DNA of 64,000 nt from a virus: the IMG/VR virus record IMGVR_UViG_3300029286_000018, positions 1 through 64,000 of that record, one strand, 5' to 3'. Positions 1 through 9,300 of the stretch are shown piece by piece. Every line of letters begins with the position of its first letter. Positions within the stretch are counted from its first letter, which is position 1. Position numbers and translations under genes: made by a program. The notes under the pieces were generated by a model, which saw only the letters and a program-made list of their open reading frames with translations, was not told the origin of the DNA and ran no database searches.

Positions 1-933
1 GGCACTTCTGTCCTTAATACTTCTACTCTTGGATCTACAGTTACTGATTCTGGTTTAACAAGAATCAACAGTTCAAACTTGAGATTAATCGGTAGCGTTG
101 AAGTTAATGGTGGTACTATCACGAGCTCTTCCACTACGTTTAACCTGCTTAACACCACAGTCACTAATGCAAACGTACTTGGCGCTGCTAATACTATTAA
201 TATTGGTTCATCCTTAGCCACTATCAATCTTGGTACTGGTACAACTGGCGCAAATGTCTACGTGAAAGGCAATCTGTTTGTTCAGGGTGCAACAACGACA
301 ATCAGCTCAACTACAGTTTCAATTGCTGATCTTAACATTACTCTTGCTGATGGCCAGTCCACTACTGCTGGCGTGAATGGTGCTGGAATTACACTTGGAT
401 CAACAGGTATTACTTGGCAGTATAATAACACCGGTAATAACTGGGAGTCTACAGAAAATATAAGTATAGCAACTGGTAAGACTTTCAAGATTAATAATAG
501 TGCAGTTCTTTCTTCTTCTGCTCTTGGATCTTCAGTTACTTCTGCTTCTGGAATAGTTCAGGTTGGCACAATAGGACTTGGTACATGGCAGGGAACAACC
601 ATAGGTGTTGCTTACGGCGGTACTGGCTTAACTACCTATACAACAGGTGCAGTTGTTTACGCAACTGCTGCAACAACACTTGCAAATCTTGCTCCGGTGT
701 CAACCTCTGGAGCTGTTCTGTCGAGCACTGGGCTCAACTCTAACCCAGAGTATAAGACAATAACACTTTCTTATGGAACAGTAACTTCTGCTTCCAATAG
801 CTTGAGTTTCACCATACAGAATGCAGCGGCAGATGGTACTACAAAGGGTGTGGCAACATTTAACTCAACTCAGTTCGATGATGCAAGTGGTGTTATAACA
901 CTAGATACTATTGACGGCGGAACATACGCTTAA
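1..933 (+). CDS. Tail fibre-like protein, C-terminal part (5' truncated by window)
   Basis: Frame open from base 1 (GTSVLNTSTLGS...). Thr/Gly/Ser-rich, with a ~160-aa block nearly identical to the middle of the 6310-11325 fibre; ends IDGGTY. Confidence 0.75.
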   Translation, partial: GTSVLNTSTLGSTVTDSGLTRINSSNLRLIGSVEVNGGTITSSSTTFNLLNTTVTNANVLGAANTINIGSSLATINLGTGTTGANVYVKGNLFVQGATTTISSTTVSIADLNITLADGQSTTAGVNGAGITLGSTGITWQYNNTGNNWESTENISIATGKTFKINNSAVLSSSALGSSVTSASGIVQVGTIGLGTWQGTTIGVAYGGTGLTTYTTGAVVYATAATTLANLAPVSTSGAVLSSTGLNSNPEYKTITLSYGTVTSASNSLSFTIQNAAADGTTKGVATFNSTQFDDASGVITLDTIDGGTYA

Positions 934-951
934 TACAAGCTTAAATCTATC

Positions 952-987
952 AATAACATAGCAGGCTATATGTTCTGCTATGTTATT
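952..987 (+). terminator. Hairpin, possible terminator or processing site
   Basis: Perfect 13-bp inverted repeat AATAACATAGCAG / CTGCTATGTTATT with 10-nt loop just after the fibre stop codon; U-tract is weak. Confidence 0.45.
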
Positions 988-1018
988 AATTTCCGATAAT
1001 GTAATAAAGGAGATTGAT

Positions 1019-1207
1019 ATGGAAGAAAAGATTCAATATTATGAAAATAGCTTGATACCAATATTTAAAAAAAAGCTATATGAAGCACAGGTAGTGATTC
1101 CTGAATTGGAAGCTAATATATTATTTTTACGTAATAGAGTTTCTCAATTAGAGGCTGAAAATTCAAAATTAAAAGTAGTTTCTGAAAACTCTAACACATA
1201 TGAATGA
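1019..1207 (+). CDS. Small coiled-coil protein (possible fibre chaperone), paralog 1
   Basis: AAGGAG RBS before ATG 1019; EEKIQYYENSLIP resembles next gene's EELVKFYETVLIP. Confidence 0.6.
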   Translation: MEEKIQYYENSLIPIFKKKLYEAQVVIPELEANILFLRNRVSQLEAENSKLKVVSENSNTYE

Positions 1208-1443
1208 GGAAAAATATGGAAGAATTAGTAAAATTTTATGAAACCGTTCTTATTCCGCATTTGAAAAATAAGTATGGTGAGTTAATGGTATTGGCCGCAG
1301 AAATGGAAGCAACTATAGTTTTTAAGGAAAATAAGATTAATAAGCTTGAAAATAAATTAAATTTATTGAACAGTAAAGGTGCAGATGGTTTACAGGACGA
1401 ATCAACTAATATTAAGAAAAATGTAAATAAGAAAAAGATGTAA
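1204..1443 (+). CDS. Small coiled-coil protein, paralog 2
   Basis: ATGA overlap with previous gene; similar sequence; heptad pattern. Confidence 0.6.
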   Translation: MRKNMEELVKFYETVLIPHLKNKYGELMVLAAEMEATIVFKENKINKLENKLNLLNSKGADGLQDESTNIKKNVNKKKM

Positions 1444-1449
1444 TTGTAA

Positions 1450-3801
1450 ATGGCTACAAATCCAACGATTAAACCAAAAAGAGGAACAATAGCGCCTGGC
1501 CCTGGGTCTATATCGCAGAATGAATTAGCAGTTAATACAGTCTCTCAATCTGTATACATTGGTTCTGTTAGTGGCTCTGGTATCCTTGTTGGTTCAGCTC
1601 CTCAGGGCTCAAATACTCAAGTTCAATTCAATAGTAGTGGAGTATTTGCAGGCTCTAGTAACTTTACATTTGATGGTTCTGGAGTAAACGTCAATGGTAT
1701 TGTTTCTTCAGGTTTAGGCATCTCTACAAGTGCTACTACATTTAATATAGTCACAAATACTGCATCTACCATTAATATAGGTACAACTTCTGGCAGCACT
1801 ATTTCAATAGGTAATGCTTCTGGTACTACGACGATCAGAAATGCTGGTACAAATCTCAACGGAACACTTACCGTTACTGGTGTTTCAGTACATCAAGGTG
1901 CTGGACACTTTAATAGTACTCTCACGGTCACTAGCACTTCTTCTCTTATTGGAGACGTTACTGCAAGCGGAGACATTGCAGTGAACGGTGGAGACATTAC
2001 TTCCACTGCTACTACGTTTAATTTACTTAATGCTACTGTTACCAATGCTAACGTTCTTGGTGCTTCTAACACAGTTGTTATAGGAGGTACGGGTGGATCG
2101 ACTACGATTAGAAATGCTGGCACAAATATAAATGGGACACTTACTGTTACTGGTGTTTCAGTACATCAAGGTGCTGGTTCTTTTAACAGTACTCTCTCAG
2201 TCACAGGTGAAGCAACATTTGTAGGCAGTATTCTTGCTAACGGTGGTACTATTACAAGCAGCGCTACCACTTTTAACTTACTGAATACCACCGTCACCAA
2301 TGCAAACGTTTTAGGTTCTGCCAATATCATCGTCTTAGGTGGTACTGCTGGCACAGCTACGATTAGAAACGCTGGCACTAACATCAACGGTACTCTCACT
2401 GTTACCGGCGCTAGTACGTTACAAGGAGCTGCATCTCTTAACAGTACTCTCACTGTTACTGGTGCTACAACACTTCAAAGTACTCTTGCAGTAGGTGGCA
2501 ATACTATTTCCAGTGCTTCTACTACATTCAACTTACTGAACACCACCGTCACCAATGCAAGCGTTCTTGGTGCTGCTGACACAGTTGTAATAGGATCAGC
2601 TGGAGGCTCAACTACAATTCGTAATGCTGCTACAAGATTTAACGGAACTCTTACCGTTACTGGTGCTACTGTCATTCAAGGTGCACTGTCTACTAACGGC
2701 GCTCTTTCTGTTACTGGCACATCTACTCTTATTGGTGATGTTACTGCAAGTGGAGATATTGCAGTGAACGGTGGAGACATTACCTCTACTGCAACTACGT
2801 TTAATCTTCTCAATTCTACGGTCACAGGTCTCAATGTAGGTGGTGGAGCTAACACTGTAGTTCTTGGTGGCACAGGTGGCACAGTTACGATAAGAAACGC
2901 TGGTACAAATATTAACGGTACTCTTACAGTTACAGGAAATACTACAACAGTTGGAGATGTTACTGTTCGTGGTGGAGATATTGGTCTTCTTGAGAAGGGC
3001 GGTGGTTCTGATATAGTTCATATCGCGTCTCCATCAGACGTTAGTCCCGGAGGAATTACATATACACTTCCAGGTTCTTATCCTGCGTCCTCTAACTATG
3101 TATTGCAATCTACAACTACTGGATTAATGTCGTGGGCAGCTCCTGCATCATCTTCATCAGTTGGAATTACTGCGACAAGTGCAAGTTCTAGCTATAATCT
3201 TGTGTTTACTGATGTATCTGCGACTAATACTTCTGCACCTTTGTATATTGACGGTGGTACAAATATTCAATATAATCCAAGTACAGATGTGCTCACTCTT
3301 GGCGGAGACATTGCAGTAAATGGTGGAGATATTACTTCAACAGTCACTTCATTTAATTTACTTAATGCAAACGTAACAACTTTGAATTTAGCTGGAGCAG
3401 CAGCTGTTATAAACGTAGGTGCATCTGGTGGAGATGTGACAGTTGCTGGTAATTTTTATGCAGTTAAGAAGTCATTCTTGATTAACCATCCTTCTAAGCC
3501 TGGTAGTAAGCTTGAGTACGCCTGCTTGGAAGGTCCAGAGAACGGAGTCTATCTGCGTGGCAGACTTGACGGTAAAAAAGAGATAAAGCTTCCTGATTAT
3601 TGGAAAGATCTAGTTCATGCAGACTCTATTACTGTCCAGTTAACTCCTATTGGGAGTTCTGATTGTCACTATGTTTCTAAATACACTTCTAAAAAGATTA
3701 CAGTAGATTGCGAATCCGGCAAAATAAATTGTTTTTATCTTGTGCAAGCTGAACGCAAGGATATTTCAAGGTTTGAAGTGGAAAGAAAAATAGTTAAATA
3801 G
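1450..3801 (+). CDS. Tail fibre protein (783 aa)
   Basis: N-terminal IKPKRG...NELAVN motif typical of phage fibres; repeats GDIAVNGGDITS/TFNLLNTTVT/NSTLTVTG; C-terminal KSFxIxHP...LEGPE..VYxRG...LPDYW...AERKD domain common at ends of phage tail proteins. Confidence 0.75.
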   Translation: MATNPTIKPKRGTIAPGPGSISQNELAVNTVSQSVYIGSVSGSGILVGSAPQGSNTQVQFNSSGVFAGSSNFTFDGSGVNVNGIVSSGLGISTSATTFNIVTNTASTINIGTTSGSTISIGNASGTTTIRNAGTNLNGTLTVTGVSVHQGAGHFNSTLTVTSTSSLIGDVTASGDIAVNGGDITSTATTFNLLNATVTNANVLGASNTVVIGGTGGSTTIRNAGTNINGTLTVTGVSVHQGAGSFNSTLSVTGEATFVGSILANGGTITSSATTFNLLNTTVTNANVLGSANIIVLGGTAGTATIRNAGTNINGTLTVTGASTLQGAASLNSTLTVTGATTLQSTLAVGGNTISSASTTFNLLNTTVTNASVLGAADTVVIGSAGGSTTIRNAATRFNGTLTVTGATVIQGALSTNGALSVTGTSTLIGDVTASGDIAVNGGDITSTATTFNLLNSTVTGLNVGGGANTVVLGGTGGTVTIRNAGTNINGTLTVTGNTTTVGDVTVRGGDIGLLEKGGGSDIVHIASPSDVSPGGITYTLPGSYPASSNYVLQSTTTGLMSWAAPASSSSVGITATSASSSYNLVFTDVSATNTSAPLYIDGGTNIQYNPSTDVLTLGGDIAVNGGDITSTVTSFNLLNANVTTLNLAGAAAVINVGASGGDVTVAGNFYAVKKSFLINHPSKPGSKLEYACLEGPENGVYLRGRLDGKKEIKLPDYWKDLVHADSITVQLTPIGSSDCHYVSKYTSKKITVDCESGKINCFYLVQAERKDISRFEVERKIVK

Positions 3802-3838
3802 ACTATTAGTGATTCTTAATAGAAAGGTTTTGTGTTTC

Positions 3839-4567
3839 ATGGCTATCTTATATAATCCCAGAATTATTACTGATGGATTGGCCATGTGCTTGGATGCAGC
3901 AAATACAAAAAGTTATCCTGGGTCTGGAACTGTTTGGACAGACTTGAGTGGTAATGGGTATAATTTTAATGTTAATAGTTCGGCATATTCTACAACTGAT
4001 GGGATTGCTAATATGAACTTTGAAGGTTCTTTTGGAGCAGCAAAAAGAGTAGTATCAAGTACTTTGACTGATGTTCCAAACTTTTCTAATGCAACTATAA
4101 TGTGTTTTAGTACTCTTTTGAATAGTACTGGAACTTGGAGAACTTTGGTTAGAGCATCTTCTACTGGTGATGACCACCAAGTAATTATTCAGACAGGAGC
4201 AAATACTCTTGGTATGTATGACAATAATGGAGCAGCATTTATTAGTGCTGGATTTGATATAACATCTTTACCAAGTCCATACACTCAATTTAATTGTTTA
4301 ACTTGGAGATTGTCGCAATCTTCTCCATATTATCAATTTCAATATAATAATGATCCAACAACATATTCAATCACAAATGCAAGTTCAACCTATACTCAAG
4401 GTTTTTCTATAATAGGTGCATATCATAATGGATCAACTGGAACTGGGTCTGGTGATAGTTCTCAATATTGGGGAAAAATAGCAGTATTTTTATATTATAA
4501 TCGTCATCTCACAGCAGCAGAAATCACACAAAACTATAACGCCCTCAGAGGAAGGTTTGGTATCTAA
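3839..4567 (+). CDS. LamG/concanavalin A-like lectin domain virion protein
   Basis: DGL..CLDAAN.KSYPGSG..WTDLSGNG start and YNR.L...EI.QNYNA..GRF end; ATG 3839 preferred over GTG 3809. Confidence 0.75.
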   Translation: MAILYNPRIITDGLAMCLDAANTKSYPGSGTVWTDLSGNGYNFNVNSSAYSTTDGIANMNFEGSFGAAKRVVSSTLTDVPNFSNATIMCFSTLLNSTGTWRTLVRASSTGDDHQVIIQTGANTLGMYDNNGAAFISAGFDITSLPSPYTQFNCLTWRLSQSSPYYQFQYNNDPTTYSITNASSTYTQGFSIIGAYHNGSTGTGSGDSSQYWGKIAVFLYYNRHLTAAEITQNYNALRGRFGI

Positions 4568-5253
4568 TGGCACTTTCTCATTCTCCATCAATTATTACTG
4601 ATAGTCTAATTTTATGTCTTGATGCAGCAAATACAAAAAGTTATCCTGGGTCTGGAGCCACTTGGACAGACTTGAGTGGTAATGGTAATAATGTAACACT
4701 TACAAATGGACCAACTTATAGTAGTGTGGATGGTGGGTCTATTGTTTTTGATGGGGCGAATGATTATGCTGATTTTTTTGCTCCAAATTTAGGAACAACT
4801 ACTACAGTAGAAATGTGGGTAAAACTTGGGGCAGGTTATTCTGGAAAGATGTTTTTTGGGTGGTTGGCTTATGATGTTTGGTGTGGTTCAGGTCATTTAG
4901 GATATAATACTGGTAACGGTGATATTTATGGTATATCATCTTCAACTATATCTTCTTTGGGTTTGGTGAATAATTGGAAACATTATGTGTTTGAAATGAG
5001 AAGTGATGTTTCTTATACAAATAACAAAATTTATATCAATACAATTTCACAAACTATATCTCAACAAAGCAGCAGTGAGAACGCGGGAGGTAGAACCTTC
5101 AATAGTGGAAATGGTAGAATTTCTGGATGGAGAAATGATACAAATTACCCTATTCCTATGAACTGTTCTTCTTTTAAAGTATACAACAGAGCACTCTCCT
5201 CAATAGAGGTCACACAAAACTACAATGCCCTTCGTGGTAGGTTTGGTTTATAA
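4567..5253 (+). CDS. LamG/concanavalin A-like lectin domain protein
   Basis: Same N- and C-terminal motifs as previous gene; FDG.NDY, TVEMWVK, WKHYV. Confidence 0.78.
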   Translation: MALSHSPSIITDSLILCLDAANTKSYPGSGATWTDLSGNGNNVTLTNGPTYSSVDGGSIVFDGANDYADFFAPNLGTTTTVEMWVKLGAGYSGKMFFGWLAYDVWCGSGHLGYNTGNGDIYGISSSTISSLGLVNNWKHYVFEMRSDVSYTNNKIYINTISQTISQQSSSENAGGRTFNSGNGRISGWRNDTNYPIPMNCSSFKVYNRALSSIEVTQNYNALRGRFGL

Positions 5254-5873
5254 TGGGAGTACATTCTGGACCAAATATAGTTCGTAGTAATTTGTCTATG
5301 TCTTTAGACTCTAGAAATAGAAAATCATTTTTAGGAGATAATTTTTATAATTTAACAAATTTACAAAACCTAGGCAACCCTTCGTGGTCTAATGGTGCTT
5401 CTGAATTAACTGTAATACTTATTATAAAAATTCTTGGATCTAATACGGAATACGCTTACCATCCTGTTAATAAATGGAATAGTGGAACTAATGATGCCAG
5501 CTTTGTTTTTTATCATTTTCAAAATTATCTGGGAACAAATCCACAAAATGAAAATCTTTTGGGATGGTATGCAAACGCTGGTGGTACTTGGCAAGGAATA
5601 AGTGGCCAATATAAGGCTAGTCAAAATACTTCATATTTTGTCGCTTTACAGTATAGTTCCCAGTCTGGTGGTCAATTATGGATTAACAATTCTAAGGTAG
5701 GATCAAGGACTGGTAGTGGGGTTTTAGGGTCTGGCAGTAGTGATATCTTAATAGATGGTAATGTTACTGGAAGAAGTAATATACATAAGGTGGAAATGTT
5801 AAAATTCTACAATAAAGATTTATCAGATAGTCAGATTCTAAGCATGTATGATTTATTTAAAAACAGATTATGA
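5253..5873 (+). CDS. LamG-like lectin domain protein (divergent)
   Basis: GPNIV..NL...LD..N.KS start; FYNK.LSD.QI end. Confidence 0.65.
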   Translation: MGVHSGPNIVRSNLSMSLDSRNRKSFLGDNFYNLTNLQNLGNPSWSNGASELTVILIIKILGSNTEYAYHPVNKWNSGTNDASFVFYHFQNYLGTNPQNENLLGWYANAGGTWQGISGQYKASQNTSYFVALQYSSQSGGQLWINNSKVGSRTGSGVLGSGSSDILIDGNVTGRSNIHKVEMLKFYNKDLSDSQILSMYDLFKNRL

Positions 5874-6013
5874 ATATTGTAAAAAATGACAATTTTTTAA
5901 TAGACTCTTCTACGAGTGAGCCTGTATATAAAATTATTGACATTAATGGTAATATTGTTTTTTATGGAGTAACAGAAGAAGAGTGTACCTTATATCTAAA
6001 TTCATTAAATTGA
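5870..6013 (+). CDS. Small hypothetical protein (47 aa, not in ORF track)
   Basis: ATGA overlap with previous stop; MNIVKNDNFLIDSSTSEPVYKIIDINGNIVFYGVTEEECTLYLNSLN fills the gap. Confidence 0.55.
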   Translation: MNIVKNDNFLIDSSTSEPVYKIIDINGNIVFYGVTEEECTLYLNSLN

Positions 6014-6043
6014 ATATGCATACAAACATTTTGGAGTTTTTAC

Positions 6044-6301
6044 ATGTTATATGATAATAGAAAATATATAATATTTAATATTTCAGAAATACATAAAATA
6101 AATTTTTCTGAAATTCTAGAAACTTCCGCAGATACTCTAAGAAAATCTGTTGATGGTAATAGTTCGTTTATTAAGTGGGAAGGGGAAGAGCCTTCGTTTG
6201 TTGAATTGTTATCAACAAAAAGCGTGCTTTATACTCATTTAGAAATTTTAGACATCTTGTCAACTTCAGAATGGACTGGACCAAACGTAATTAATATGTA
6301 A
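6044..6301 (+). CDS. Small phage protein of the kind found next to LamG genes
   Basis: GGAG RBS; motif INFSEILETS..TLRKS.DG...FIKW.G..P...EIL..L...EW. Confidence 0.65.
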   Translation: MLYDNRKYIIFNISEIHKINFSEILETSADTLRKSVDGNSSFIKWEGEEPSFVELLSTKSVLYTHLEILDILSTSEWTGPNVINM

Positions 6302-6309
6302 TTGTTAAA

Positions 6310-9300
6310 ATGGCAAACTCTGATAAAAACATTTCCATTATACCAAACAGGAGCCTTACCGGGCAGCCTCAGATCATATTTACTGGTCAAGGTAATGATC
6401 CAATTACTTTAAAGGTTTTGGATAGCACGATTGGGTCTTTGTCTTTTGAAGGATCTGCTGGTCAATTATTATCTATTACTGATTCTTTAAGTTCAGGATC
6501 CATATTTAGCGTAAACGATATATCTGGTATGCCAAGCATAGATGTTAATGCTGACGGCACTGTTGCTCTTGCTCCATTTTCTGGCAATATTGCAATAGGC
6601 GTAACAAGTGCTTCTTTTAAATTGCATGTGAACGGCACACTTTATACTGCTTCTGCTGCTACTTTTAATTCAAATGTTATATTAAGTAATGGCAATCTAC
6701 AAACAACTACATCTACATTTAATTTAATTACCAACACAGCTTCAACAATCAATATTGGTACAACTTCGGGAAGCACAATAAGTATTGCATCTACTACAGG
6801 TACTACAACAGTAAATAATTCTGCTATTATAACTGGAAATTTAACAGTTAATGGTGGAACAATTACATCCACTGCTACTACGTTTAATTTACTAAATACT
6901 ACTGTTACCAATGCTAACGTATTAGGCGCTGCTGATACAATTTTAATAGGATCAGCTGGTGGCTCGACTACAATTAGAAATGCTGCTACACGAGTTAATG
7001 GTACTCTCACCGTTACTGGCGTCTCAGTGCATCAAGGTGCGGGTGCTTTTAATAGTACTCTTTCTGTTACTGGTACATCTACTTTAATTGGTGACGTTAC
7101 TGCAAGCGGAGACATAGCAGTAAACGGTGGAGATATTACCTCTACTTCTACCACGTTTAATCTTCTTAATGCGACTGTAACAGGTCTCAATGTAGGTGGT
7201 GCTGCTAACACAGTATTGCTAGGTGGCACAGGTGGGACTACGACTATTAGAAACGCTGGAACAAATATAAATGGTACTCTTACTGTTACAGGCGTCTCAG
7301 TACATCAAGGTGCTGGTGCTTTTAACAGCACTCTCACCGTCACTGGTGCGACAGTGGTTCAGGGAGCACTGTCTGCTAACGGCGCTCTTTCTGTTACTGG
7401 TACTTCTACTCTTATTGGTGACGTTACTGCAAGTGGAGATTTAGCTGTCAATGGTGGAGACATTACCTCTACTGCTACCACGTTTAATTTACTGAATACT
7501 ACTGTAACAGGTCTCAATGTAGGTGGTGCTGCTAATACTGTAGTGCTTGGTGGCACAGGTGGAACTTCTACCATTCGTAACGCTGGAACAAATATCAATG
7601 GCACACTTACTGTCACTGGTGTCTCAGTGCATCAAGGTGCTGGTACATTTAATAGTACACTTTCTGTAACTGGCGTCACAACATTGCAAGGTGCTTCTAC
7701 CCTGCAGGGTGCAGTAAATATGAATAGCACACTTACTGTCACTGGTGTTTCAGTGCATCAGGGTGCTGGTGCTTTTAATAGTACACTTACAGTGACCGGT
7801 GTCACAACATTGCAAGGTGCTTCTACCCTACAGAGTGCAGTAAATATGAATAGCACTCTCACCGTTACTGGTGTCTCAGTTCATCAGGGTGCTGGTGCTT
7901 TTAATAGTACTCTTTCAGTTACAGGTGCATCTACTCTTATTGGTGATGTTACTGCAAGCGGAGACATAGCAGTGAACGGTGGAGACATTACTTCCACTGC
8001 TACTACGTTTAACTTACTGAATGCTACTGTTACCAATGCAAATGTATTGGGCGCTGCTAACACGGTATTGCTAGGTGGCACAGGTGGTACTGCTACCATC
8101 CGTAACGCTGGTACTAATATCAATGGCACTCTTACTGTTACTGGTGTTTCAGTACATCAGGGTGCTGGTGCTTTTAATAGTACTCTCACAGTGACAGGCG
8201 TCACAACATTGCAAGGTGCTTCTACACTACAGGGTGCAGTAAATATGAACAGCACCCTCACTGTGACTGGTGTTTCAGTACATCAAGGTGCTGGTGCTTT
8301 TAATAGTACACTTTCAGTCACAGGCGCTGCTACATTTGTTGATGACATCGCTGTCAACGGTGGAGACATTACCTCTACTGCTACCACTTTTAACTTACTG
8401 AATACCACCGTCACCAATGCAAACGTGTTAGGAGTAGCAAATACAGTAAACATTGGCTCATCCGTAGCAACTATTAATCTTGGTACTGGTACAACTGGTG
8501 CAAATATATATGTAAAGGGTAATTTGTATGTACAGGGCGCAACGACAACAATCAGTTCAACTACTGTATCTATAGCAGACCTAAATATTGTTCTTGCTGA
8601 TGGTCAGGCCACTACGGCTGGCGTTAATGGTGCTGGAATTAGTCTTGGATCTACCGGAATTACTTGGCAGTATAATAACACTGGCAATAATTGGGAGTCT
8701 ACAGAAAATGTAAGTATTGCAACTGGCAAGGCTTATAAAATAAATAATAGTGCAGTTCTTTCTTCCACAGTTCTTGGATCTTCAGTTACTTCTGCTTCTG
8801 GATTAGTGCAGGTTGGTACAATAGGTCTTGGCACATGGCAAGCAGGTACTATTGTGACTACGTATGGAGGCACTGGTCTCAGCTCATACACCGCTGGAGA
8901 TATATTATATTATGTTTCTGGCACAACATTATCTAAGCTTGCCATATCTGGTACAACAAATTATGTAATGACATCTGATGGTTCTATACCTGTTTGGACT
9001 GTTAACTCTGGAACTGGAAGTGTTGTTCGCGCAATTAGTTCCACGCTGACTGGTGCTACTTTAGTAAATCCAATATTCACTACTGTCACAGCTACAGATT
9101 TAACTCTGAGCGGAGACATAGCAGTAAACGGCGGAGACATTACCTCTACTGCTACCACGTTTAATTTACTGAATACTACTGTTACCAATGCAAACGTACT
9201 TGGAGCTGCTAACACTGTTGTCATTGGTGGCACAGGTGGTGCGACGACAATTAGAAACGCTGGAACAAATATAAATGGTACTCTTACTGTTACCGGTGTC

